A stretch of DNA of 64,000 bases, from assembly GCA_013265495.1 (NCBI GenBank), contig MU061578.1, positions 4,351,308-4,415,307 of the forward strand. The letters are read 5' to 3'. Shown in pieces: positions 52,601 through 64,000 of this stretch (position 1 is the stretch's first letter; each line of letters opens with the position of its first letter). The stretch is from Vicugna vicugna (Eukaryota). The notes under the pieces are model-generated. The model had not been told where the DNA came from. It saw only the letters and a program-made list of their open reading frames with translations, and made no database searches. The position numbers and the translations under genes are program-made.

Positions 52601-55600
52601 AACAAAAAACAATGCTACACGCAGCAGTGTGGATGACACAAATGAAATATTGAACAAAAGAAGTCAGACACAAGAGTGGAAAGCGCATGATACAATTTCA
52701 TATTAAAAAGTCAAAAATAGGCTAAATTCATCTGTGGTTTCTATCGTGTGAGAGGTGAGAATCCTGTTTAGGAGGTCACAAGGGGTCTTCTGGGCCCTGG
52801 CAATTACTTCCTGGGGGGAATGATGCTAAACAGGTGTGTTTCCTACATGACAATGCAGGGCGCTGTCTTATACTTTGTTCACTGTTCTGTATATCTGTTA
52901 TACTTCGATTAAAAAGTTTAGTTAAGGAAATTTACAAAACTAAAAACAAGTAACCCTATTAGTCATTTTAACTTTTCTTAATCTTAGAGGAATCTTAAAA
53001 GTCTAAATATTACTTGGGTAAGAAAGCTTTTAACAGAAGTTGCCCAGTTCCTTCAGCACTTCACTATTCTTTCGTTGCTGTCTAGCACAAGAAATTCAAT
53101 TTTTTTCAATAAAAATTATAACTATACGTATCTACTTATCTATCTTATTTGTATGTCTTTATCCTGCTGTTAGCACATATGCAGTGGAAGATGAATTAGA
53201 AGATGTTCACAAAATAGCACTGTTATATTTCTGGGCTGTTTGTTGCATTTACTTTTCTTATATTGAGTATTATTTTACATAAAAATAATAAAAGCTTTAA
53301 AGAAAATATTGATAGTTTTACCCTGAAATACTTACTTTCAATCTATAAGTTTTTCATGGGAATAACAAGCATTTTAAGAGATACAGCAACTCATTTTTGC
53401 CTCTGAGTGAATTTCATCATAAAAATTTCCACATTGAAATAAAAGAAAGGGGAACTTAAGCACCACTTTTGTGGTTACTTTGATGTGAGCCATTGATCAG
53501 GAAAATGTTTCCACACAAACATTTCAGTGCTGAGTAGCCCAGAGGAGTCTAGAGTGGGCACTGTTGTTCTTTCCCTATCTTCAAGGCTGAGTAATGGGCA
53601 GGGACTGACATACGCTGTAGCAAATCCAACTCAGGGCCCAGCGAACACTTTTTTACTTCCTGAAGGTCTTCTGAAATGGCAGTATCTGCAAACGACCCGA
53701 CATCTTAGAAAGCTTCCAAAGTAGCAATAATAGCTTTATTTTAACTCTAAAAAACAATGTAACTTCAAGCTTGTCCTTCCTTGTAGGCAGAAAGATGGTA
53801 CCTATAATTTTGATCCAGTAGTATTTTTTTTTCTATTAGTGATGGCTATTGAAAAGAAACGTGTTAAGTATCCCTAGGAAAGCGTGACAAAGTTCTTCTT
53901 TTACGTGTGACTTGCAGAATAACTTATTTCATGCTTAATTCAATTGTTACTCTCTTGAGATGAATTAGGTATCCTCAGTTATGAGGAAGTATTTCATCTC
54001 CTAGTACGAAGTTATAGGACATGCCTTCAGGGAGTGATCTAAATCTTCCCTCTGGGCTTCCTCATTCTCCCAGGTGTCTAAGCATAAGCCACAGATGGCA
54101 ACAAACAGCATCCCTGTTAAAGGTGAGCCTCAACCTGGGCTGCATGGGTTTAGGTTTCTGTGAACGCATGACATTTTATGCAAAATTCTACGTGTGGGTA
54201 CAGCTACTCTTCTGGGGAGAGGGTCATTAGCTCTCATCAGATTGGCAAAAGGTTATATAAGCCTCTAAAAGTTTTAAACTACCTTTTAAAAAAATTTAAA
54301 TGAAGGTACTGGGGGCTGAACCCAGGAACTCATGCTTGCTGAGCATGTGCTCTACCATTGAGCTATATATACACCCTCTCCTTAACTACCTTTTTAAAAG
54401 TGGAAGTATAACAGTTACATAATAAGAATATAGTATCTTTTACTATGCAACTTTACAGGCTCAAATTCTGGCCTTTTAAGAAGTCAAATAATTCTTAAAG
54501 GTCACTCACAATTGATGGATTCTTTCAAATAACTGTCAACTTCATCATCCAGAGGAATTGTTTCTTTATTTTCTCTTATAAAATTCAGTAGGATGTTAGC
54601 TTCTGGTGTATCTTAAGATGAAAATGCATAATAAGTAAAAAAGCATACCAATTACTTTTTAAATAACTATGAATGATCCAAAATTATTTTTAATGGTAAA
54701 AAGCAAAGCCATATAAGAATACAATCAAATAGAATATTACAAAGCCATTAACAATGCGATGTGGTGCTCTATTAACACAAAGAGATGTACACCAGATATT
54801 GTGAGTTTAAAGACCAGCTTACAAATTCTCTTTCATTTAAAAAAAATACATAGGTAAAATCATCTGGAAGAATACATATCTAAGAAATGATTATCTCTTT
54901 TAAGATGGTGAATTTATAGGTGATTTTTGTTTTCCTTTTTATGTTTCTGTGTATTTTCTGAATTTCATATGTATTTCTTTTCTAGTCAGGAAAAAATTTA
55001 AGGTTATTTGAAAAACTTGCTTCTCAATTTAGGATATGAGTATTCTCAGGACTAGTCAGATGGTGTGCCAGAAGACAAGAACCTCATTTTGAAAAGGGGT
55101 TCTCACATGACTCTGTCATACTTCAACCCCAAGCCCCAACCTCCAGCACCTGCTTGTCTTTCAGCCCTCCATCACCATCTCCAATATTCTATGAACTGTC
55201 CTGCCAATGCTTATGCCCCCTGGCTCCCCTGGATAGAGTTAGGGCTTCTTCCTCCATGTCGCTTTGTACCACAAGTCTTATCACTGTTGTTTCTTTCTCA
55301 GAACTAGACTGGAATCCTGGGCAGGGGCCTTGCCTTTTCATGTCTGTACTTCCAGTATCTGATATAGTGACCATCCTTCCATCCATCTGACCATCCATCC
55401 ACTCATGTACTTCCTTGTTCAGAAGGTGTTTAAGTTACCTCAGTACTTGGCAAATAAAAGGCAATCACTAAATATTTGTAAATTAACAAGTGAATGAATG
55501 AACACTTTTGAAACACTGACAGAATTACTGCATATAAGCTGGAAGTAGATGCTGGAGTGAGGCCACAGAAATCAAACCAATGAGCATCCTGGGATAGAAG

Positions 55601-58600
55601 CTGATAGGGAGGGTAGGGTGTAGGCACTGCTGTCAAGATCCCTTAAGACAACAGGGCCATCCCAGACTGACTGCGGGGGGTGGGGGTGGGGGCGGAAGTT
55701 CTGCCTTCCCCATCAGATGAACTCTCTCAGGGCAGGAACCTAGACATCCTGGCTAGGATGAAAGCTCAAACCATTTAGAGGTTCTTCATTTCTACTGGCA
55801 GGTGAAGCCCAGGAAATCAGACATACGCTGTTTCAATAAGCGTATTGAAATTCATACACCGTTATACATATCCTCTTTTATATTTGTCTCCTTGAGGCAT
55901 TTAGGCATTTATTCTAATGATGTTGGTGTTGCTCAAAACACTTCGACACTTCTCCTTTGAACCTGGTTTCAGAGCCAAATGCACAACATCCTTCAAATCT
56001 GTCTCATGAACTTAGTTTTGACATTTCAATATAACTACTACTGTCAAGCTTGATCATCTTTTCCACCAGACAAATCCAACAAATCCAATTTTTTTAGAAA
56101 TTTTCCCAAACCAAATTTACCCTTAGAGGATGGAGATTTTCCATCACTGATGTTATTAAATACATTAATAACAGTCTATCAGTATTAACAAAATATTAAA
56201 AATAAGAAACCATAGTACTCTCCTCAAAAGAACGAAAAAAAGGAATTGAAAGTGGCACTATTGTCCTGTGTTGAGAACAGACTATGGCTGTGTTCCCATC
56301 AACCTATAACAAAGTAGCCAGAGCAATCTTTTTAGAACTTAGATAACATCACCGCCCTGTTCCTCCTTTCCTACAGAGTAAAATCCAGCATCTTTTTCTC
56401 AGACTGTAAGGCCTTCACCATTACTACCATTTCTTCTCTGACCTCGACTCCTCCTGCCCTGCTTTATTAGCTCCAGCCACACTGGCCTCAGAGCCTTTGC
56501 ACTGGCTGTTCCCGCTGCCTGGTGTGCTCTTTTCCTGTGGTTAACCCTTTCACTGCCTCACTGTATCTTTGCTCAAATGTCGCCCTCCCAGGGAGGCCTA
56601 CCTGACCACCTATGTAAACAGCAGGCTGCCTTACACACACTGTAGCCTTCTGGACCCTCCTGACCTTGCTCCTCTTTTACTTCTCAAGCATTTCATAATT
56701 AATGGCTGTGTTATCATTATTATCTGTCTCTCCCTGGCTAGAATGTGAGCTCAATGAGGGGAAAATACTTGTGTTTTGTCACTGGGCCCCAGAACAGTGC
56801 CCAGCACATAGCATGTGACAGGAGATGAGAGTTTAACGAAGGACAAGTAAGTGAGTGTTGCTTTACCTCCCATGACACTGCTTTCAAGGAGACAGTGTTC
56901 CTGCAGCAGAAAAGCAAGATCCATATACTCATATAAAAACAGAGTCTTGTCATTTTATGTCATATCTCATAGTAATTTTATTTTTAAAAATTCTGATTTG
57001 GTCAACGACTTAAAATTCCCTGTACTTCTCAGTCACTATTGATGCTTTGTTATTGATCAAAGAATGTGCTTATATTGAAAATGATACACAACTATATTTA
57101 TATCTTCTTGAGATTATAAAGGATCGTTCCATTTCTGGGAGTTCTGTAGTCTTCTACAGTGTTGGGCCGATCTTTCTATCTGCACTACAAAGCACTCTGA
57201 GGATACTTAAGGGCACCAGCCCCTTCATCTCCCCAGTCCTGCTCTCCTATTTCATGCTGGAATAAGCTGCAAACCCTTAACAACCACTCACAGTTATGAA
57301 CTAATGATACTACATGTATGTTCCTATGTTCTAGCACTAAGTTATTTCAATGAAGTGAAACAAGTTATTTTTTAAAAAGTCAATAATTTAGATTATCCAA
57401 TCAACAGCATTGATTTCTCAATAATCATCACAAGGGATGATGCTTTAAAAATAAGTCTGCTTTTTCACATTTCTTTAGTAAAGATATCAAAGATATAGCT
57501 CATTGTAAGTTTCTAAAAGTCATATAAAGCAGTTTTTCACTTTTAACTCAAATGAAATCCAAGCTTCATTTCCATTCATAAGCACACTGCACAGATATTG
57601 GAATATGTGGTATAGTCATTTCCAAAGGGATAAAAAATTTCAGATGGCTTTTTACCTGGATTAGTTGTAATAATGGTTTTTGAGATTACAGTTGCTGTCA
57701 TGCAGTTCCGAAATTTGTCAAAACTTATTCTTACATCTGAGGCAAATATTACTGTTTAGGAAAAAAAGCCATTTTAAAATTATTACATAGGGGGATTAAA
57801 AATGACAAATACTGAACACAATCATAGAAATACGATACCTGTTTTTCGTGGCATCCAGCTCTGTGCAAGAAGAATAGATTCATTATCCCAACTGTATGTG
57901 TTAAAACAAGTGATAAAAATCAAATACATTAGAAAAAACTGGCAGTGACCACTTTATTTACCAGAAAAAGAATGTCTTAATGGCTGGGGTTAATAATCCC
58001 CCAGGTGGTCAAAGGCACAGTTAAGGATCTTGGCTTCTGCATTTTGCAGGGCTACACTGTCTATTTCACAGAGAATTTAACACCTACGTGATAAATCATT
58101 CCTTCACACCATTTGTCTCTAACAACTTTTGCTCCTTCAGTTCCTTCTTTTTCTACCTCTCAGATCACTCCAGGCTAGTTAGAACTAAGTGACTACAAGT
58201 CTAAAATATTTTAAGTCATTCTTTCATACCATTAAGGGAGGGTTGCCACAATGGATAAACTGCTGAGGGGACTTGATGGATTGAAGGCTTGTTTCAAATT
58301 AAGTGCTTTGCTACTCAGGCTTCTGGAGTCTAAACACTGCCATGTTATACCCTGTGATGCTTCAGGAAGTAGCTCTACCCCACATGTGACACCCCGGGAA
58401 CTTCACAGAACCCAGCATGTGCAATGCTTGCTTTTCTACCATCTTTCCATGGCCTGGCTCCAGGTAACCACCCAAAGCAATCACAGAAAGTCTGGCTTAT
58501 TCTTTATCAATGGGACCTCATAAATCACCATTTGTTATAAAACAGAGTACAATAATAAATAATAATAAACAGTAGTGTCCATCTATGCAATCCCAAAAGA

Positions 58601-61600
58601 TCTCATTTTAAGGTAATCAGACTGTAATGACTCAACATACAAGAGCTGGGTATATTTATTTATTTATATTTTTCCCTTAATGGAGGCACTGGGGATTAAA
58701 CGCAGGACCTTGTGCAGGCTAAGCACATGCTCTACCACTAAGCTATTCCCACATCCTTCAGTACTTTTTCCCCTTTAACGGAGGTACTGGGGATTGTATG
58801 CAGAACCTCATGCATGCCAATCATGCGCTTTACCAGTGAACTATACCCCCCACCCCCTATTTTTTAAATATAATTTCTCTCTTATCATTATTCCTCTCCT
58901 GATAGGAAATCCAACATCTTTTTGATAAAATTAAAATGTTCTGACTTGGTGATAACAGCATGGATTTCACAGTTTGGAACAGATGTGCGAAGTTACCATA
59001 TCATTGCAAAAGAAGATTCTGTCTCATCATAGAGTTTAACTTCACACATCTGGCCTTTTCTTCGGTCTGAAGTTGTAAAGTATTTTGGCTCTCCAACCTT
59101 AGAAATTGAAGGAAATTGTTATTCTTCTTCACCTGTAGTTACAGAGGTACTTAAATATTTGTTGATAAAAATACTCAAATATTTACCTTGTAAACAACAA
59201 ATTAGAAATAGCAAAAGTCACTAATATATATATTTGATAACTTAAAAGCATCTTTTATCTTTAAACTAGGTGTATTTAAGTTGTAAATTACACACTTTGA
59301 TTGACTAGAGATACAGATACATGTGCTTTAAGTAAGACTGTGCGATCTTTCCAACACATTAGAACAAATGCTCCATGACAAGCCCCTGGGTGGCATCTTT
59401 GTGGACTCACTGAGGGTAGAAAGTATATTTTCAATATCTATGTATCCCCATGGCTTAGCATAGGGCTTGGCATGGAATTCATGTGACTGGATGACTCATC
59501 TCTCCAGGCCTCAGTGTCCTTATCTTGCCACCCCAGGTATAGATATCAATACTTCCTTTGCTGCCTTCATAGGGATAAGCTGGTGAGGACCAAATGAGGG
59601 ATATGTAGGAATACGCTTTGATACATCATTTGATTCAGTCCACACTGCAGCCTGAGAGGATCATGGAGGTGAAAGTGAATTCACAGGCCCTTCCATGCCC
59701 TCAAGGAGTTCTCACGTGGAACAGCAGGCACCTCTGACAGCCACAGAGCAATGGCCAAGCACGGACAGTCTGCTGGCTGCCCCCATTCCACTGTCACCAC
59801 TGCATCTATTCGCAGGGCTGAGCTCCATGGGAAAGAGCTAAAGAAAGACTTGCAGCTGCTTACAGAAGAGCAGGATCTAGGGGGAAAAAAAGTCAGAGGG
59901 AAGGACAGCCAGGAAGGACAGGCCTACCATATCACAGGAGGTAAGAAAATTGTATGAAAGACAGTTTTAAAGTGAAGAGACCTAAGTAGAGGTGAGAAGG
60001 AAGAAAGAACAGGTTAAATAAAAAGGCAAAGAAAAGGAAATATAAGAGGGATGGAAGCAAAATGGGAGAAGAAAGGCATGCAAGAAAAAAAAGAAGTCAT
60101 ATAATTCTATGAAAGAAGGTACCAGACTCAAGGGGCCGGGGTGGGGGGGCATGGAAAAAGCTGTTGCAGTTTTTAAATCCATACTGGGTTTTAGAAAATT
60201 CTTACTACATTGCAATATAGTGGCATTATATAGAATTTCAGGAAAATTGAGAGATCATATCCTATATTTAAGGAAGGCTGAAACTAAGTTGCCCAGAAAG
60301 GAATTTTCCCCCTTTTTCAAGATTGTCATAGAGGGTATTTATTCCTCCATCCTGAGTTATTCTGGGTGCTCACGGTGTGGCAGGCACTGTGCTAGGTTGG
60401 GCAGGGTGGTGAACAAAGCAGACATGGCCTCTCAATCTGTCATCTAGGACAATCGACACCCTCTCGGTCATTTAACATGGAAACACAATTAGCAATCACA
60501 ATGTTACCTGCAAGTACCTATGTCCATTTCCTCTTTTTTTTTTTTGTCTTCTGATTATCATTATTCCCATATATTGCAGAGTTGATCTTGCCCCTTTAAT
60601 TTTCCTCATCTACTTTATTTTGTGAACCTTAACTTCCTGCCAAGTGACTCTCATCTGTCCAAAGGAGTTCAAAATTTGCTGCAATAATTGGGTAAGAGGG
60701 AGATGTGGATGCAGAGGATGGGGAAACACTCCCTGGCACCCCACAGAGTGTCGTCCTGCCCTGCCTGTGGCACAGGATGCTGATGCTAATGCCCTGCGTT
60801 CGCTCCCCCGGGCCCCTACTGCATGGGGGTGATCTCACTCTCTCCCCCATCGCAGGACAGCTCTGAGAACACACACCGAATTGATTCCTTGGTTTACCCA
60901 ACTTGCACCCCTTCAAAGAACCTCATGGAGATCTTCAAGTCAATGAATTTACCCTTTCTATTTGCGCCTTTGCTTAACTGAAGTATGAAAAATTCTCATG
61001 TAGTTAGTGGATCATTTATGACTGTGTGCTGCATTTAACACTCAAATATGATTTTATTTTGCTACTCATTCACAGACAAAATGCTACTTTCCTTTACTGA
61101 GAAGTGTTATCATTTTCTAAATTCAGCTGGGGATGGATCAAGACAGAGAAAATTTTATCCCGGCTGATTATTATTTTCCAAACACAAATTAAATGACGAA
61201 ACTCCTCCACCAAATTGAAATTGGCTTTGCTGGGGTTTTAACTTACCGACCTCACAGCTGCAAGGACATTAATAATTCTTCCATCAAGACTGTGTCCGTT
61301 TGCAACAATGTCACCCAATGAATAATAATCACAAGACTCTTTAACAGGTAAGTGTATCAAAGAAATTAATTTGGCATCCACTTCATAACTGGAACAAACT
61401 TTTACCGTTGAGTGATTCTCACTGAGCAACAGTTTACAATGGCTAAATTGCAGAAACATACACAAAAAGTTAATATCAAATGATTTTCTTCAAGGTTCAC
61501 AGTTAAAATAGAAAAATACTTCAAGGTTTGCAGTTAAATTTTTGTTGTAATTCAAACTACATTAAGAAAATTTATACTTTTCACTTTTAGAAACATTGAA

Positions 61601-63681
61601 AAAGTTATAAATTTTTTTTCTAAAATGTATTTTCATCAAGAAAATGTATTGAGGACCGATTTGTGCCTGAGTTCTAAGCACACTGCTCTTGCCCAACAGT
61701 CTTGAGTTTCGGTTTCCTTCTCTGTAAAATGGGGTGTAAAAGCACTCTAAAATGTTGCTGGGGGAGGGGGTGGAAATCACCTCCATCTGTATGACACTGA
61801 GTGCCCTGCCTATATGCTTTAAATGAAGGACAGTGCTTTACTTCCTTCTGCAGTGCCCTGTATGGAGTAGATGCACACTGTTTATACACTGAACCTGAGG
61901 GGCTCTTCCCCTTCCAGCCAATCAACTCCCAAGTGTCCTCCAAGGAGCCTCTTTGCAGCCTCTAATCCAGCCCTCCCCACACCTCCCCCTGCTACTGCTT
62001 CAGGTATTTACCTCATCACTTCTCACCCAAACTATTGCTTTGTCTCCTAAACTTCGCTCCCCTACAGTCCATCCTCCTCAGGTGGTCAAAGTGATCTTCC
62101 TACACCACAAATATGAATACATTATTTCCCAGCTCAAAGATCTTCTGGGCTAGCCATCACCAAAGAATGAAGTTAGTAAAACAAACAAAGCTGTCTGTGA
62201 AGTGTCTCTGCTTCTCTCTCAAGCTTCTCCTCCTGTTGTTCTCCTGCCTGTATTCTAGCCACATCAGACTACCAGGTTATGAAACTGCCATTTTAGAGAA
62301 AAAGTAGTCAAACATCAACAGTTTCATATGGTTCAAACTATTATTAAAGGCCAGGAGGTTTTTCATGTTTGTCCTGTCTGCCAGGAATGCTCTCCCCTTC
62401 CTTCACTCATGCATTCATTCTATAAATACTTACTGAGAGCCTATTATGCATCAGACCCTAGTCTAGGCACAGGGGATACAGTGGCGAAGAAGAGAGACCA
62501 GACCTATGGTATCACAGAGTTTACATGTATGAGGGAGACAGACAAGAACAATTAATCAAATAATCCCAGACTGTGACCATGGTTACGATGGTACACATAA
62601 CACTGTGTACAGGGGAAGTCCTGGTAATAGGGACTGGAAGGGCTACTACAGACAGAGTAGGTGGGAAGAGCTAAGGAGGTGACATTTAAGCTGACATTTC
62701 AATGACAAGAAGAGCACATAATCAAAGCAGAAGGGAGAAGACTGTTCTATGCGGAGAGACGTGAACAGGCAATGCTGTTAGTGCAGAATGAGCCCAGGGT
62801 ATTCATCAAGTGGAGGAAGTTCCATGTGGCTGCAGAGACATGAGACCTATCAGATGAGGTCAGAAAAATGGGTGCAGGTATGTATGTATCAGAGACTGCT
62901 GTGCCCACCCAGAGCCCTTTACCATCTTCACCTTTCTATCGAGACCTGCCCTCAGTCAGAAATGCCTTTAAACCCACCCTCCCCCACAGGAGTGGGGGGT
63001 GAACTTGAGCCAATGACTTGTAAATACAGGGTACAAAAATCCCAGGCCTCTTCCTTAGGGGGGTGTCACTCTGAGGTGCCTCTCATGCTCCAGAGCTCCC
63101 TCTTGGGTCACACTGAGACAGGGCTCCAGCTGAACTGCTTCTTAGTTAAGGTTACCCCGAGCCCTATCCTTACAGGCTGCTCTTGAGAACTCTCCCTCAA
63201 CAAATCATCTGCACAAAAATTCCCCTCTGGGCTCTGCTTCCAGGGAACCTGAACTAAGATAGTACGATATGTGAATAGAGTTATAACAGTATAAAAAAAA
63301 ACAGATATATGACTTCCAAGATTTATCTTTTCTTCTCATTGTTCAGCTTTAACTTGACTAGAATCAAATTTTTGTAAATTAAGAATGAGAATCAAAGTAT
63401 TAAACACAAAGTCTTTCTTTTTCATGTGATCCTATATCAAAGTAAATTATTTCATAATCAAAGATAAATATTGTGAGGAAGAATTAAACTCCTAATTTTC
63501 AAACTGAAGTATATACCTTTGTAAGCTCTCTGCTAACCTGATACTTTAAAAACCTACGAGTAATGATCATTCTGGCACAAAGATAGTTGACCTCTGTGCT
63601 AGATTTACCTAGGAGTTGCAGGGCTGAACTTTTCTTCTCTTTCTAATTCCTTTCTTTGGATTAGGGGATTTTCAATGATCA
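46547..63681 (-). CDS. MEIOB: MEIOB, meiosis-specific OB-fold ssDNA-binding protein, 3' part; join(63681-63609,61442-61247,59097-58997,57891-57839,57751-57656,54611-54510,51791-51638,49870-49687,49010-48924,46657-46547)
   Basis: [59 protein letters not shown]4 zinc finger CSGC...[20 protein letters not shown]. Phases consistent. Exon numbers follow the recalled human model. Confidence 0.97.
48924..49010 (-). CDS. MEIOB: MEIOB exon 13 (87 nt, frame-preserving)
   Basis: [29 protein letters not shown]. Confidence 0.94.
49687..49870 (-). CDS. MEIOB: MEIOB exon 12
   Basis: [17 protein letters not shown]...[26 protein letters not shown]. Confidence 0.95.
50886..50910. repeat. (CA)n microsatellite inside an L1 3'-end remnant (about 50830-51110)
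   Basis: Direct observation. Confidence 0.9.
51638..51791 (-). CDS. MEIOB: MEIOB exon 11
   Basis: [50 protein letters not shown]. Confidence 0.95.
51990..52920 (+). mobile_element. Old L1ME-type 3' region
   Basis: aaaagagtgaaaaggcag, tgagaatgtggagcagctgggact, ctgttatacttcgattaaaaag. Confidence 0.7.
54284..54381 (-). mobile_element. tRNA-derived SINE (camelid vic-1 type)
   Basis: ggtactgggggctgaacccagg...ctctaccattgagctata with aactacctttt flanking duplication. Confidence 0.85.
54510..54611 (-). CDS. MEIOB: MEIOB exon 10
   Basis: [33 protein letters not shown]. Confidence 0.95.
56310..56850 (+). mobile_element. L2 3' remnant
   Basis: ctccagccacactggcctc...cctttgcactggctgttccc...ctagaatgtgagctc...cccagcacatag. 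Confidence 0.8.
57656..57751 (-). CDS. MEIOB: MEIOB exon 9
   Basis: [31 protein letters not shown]. Confidence 0.95.
57839..57891 (-). CDS. MEIOB: MEIOB exon 8
   Basis: [17 protein letters not shown]. Confidence 0.94.
58651..58858 (-). mobile_element. Two tandem tRNA-derived SINEs (vic-1 type)
   Basis: Two ggagg(c/t)actggggatt...cta(t) heads in the same orientation. Confidence 0.85.
58997..59097 (-). CDS. MEIOB: MEIOB exon 7
   Basis: [33 protein letters not shown]. Confidence 0.95.
61247..61442 (-). CDS. MEIOB: MEIOB exon 6
   Basis: [22 protein letters not shown]...[10 protein letters not shown]. Confidence 0.95.
62880..63260. mobile_element. Old MLT1-family LTR remnant
   Basis: ctccctcaacaaatcatctgcac...ctctgcttccagggaacctgaactaaga terminus. 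Confidence 0.65.
63609..63681 (-). CDS. MEIOB: MEIOB exon 5
   Basis: [23 protein letters not shown]. Confidence 0.94.
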
Positions 63682-64000
63682 CTAAAACAGAAGGAAAAAT
63701 ATGATGCTATCACAAAAAAGTAACAGGATAAATTTGAAAAACAAGTGTACATAACAATGAACATTACAGGGGTAGTTCTAATTTTGAGTTGGTATTGTAT
63801 ACCCTTCACAATCACTTTCTGGTGGCATTGTGAGCAACAGAATCTGGGGTATGACCATTAGCTGGATCTCAGATGACAGTTCTTATGCTTTGTGTTTAAA
63901 TCCCAACATATGACCCACATTAAGATTACTGATTAGTTACATTGAACATTTGATTTGGCTATAATATACTCTTCTACAAAACAAACACTTTAATTGATCT

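Overview
Mammalian genomic DNA, most likely a camelid judging by tRNA-derived vic-1-type SINEs. It carries the conserved gene order NUBP2(+), IGFALS(-), HAGH(-), FAHD1(+), MEIOB(-), as at human 16p13.3. I traced coding exons by hand from GT-AG boundaries and phase continuity: NUBP2 exons 2-7 (exon 1 lies upstream of the window), IGFALS (2 exons, 606 aa), HAGH (9 exons, 309 aa), intronless FAHD1 (221 aa) and MEIOB exons 5-14 (5' part lies beyond the window). All reading frames are intact. HAGH and FAHD1 share a CpG-island bidirectional promoter. The rest is mostly old L1, L2, MIR, MLT, MER21 and MER5 debris plus lineage-specific SINEs. I see no convincing new multi-gene system. The best leads are: a 160-bp near-perfect palindrome whose five arm substitutions are all G-U pairs on the + strand; a putative FAHD1 terminal exon antisense inside a MEIOB coding exon; a TSD-flanked ~1.25 kb probable 3'UTR retrocopy; paired loss of two IGFALS cysteines; and a very young micro-L1 insertion. 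Comparisons with human proteins and repeat families are from memory and need database checks.
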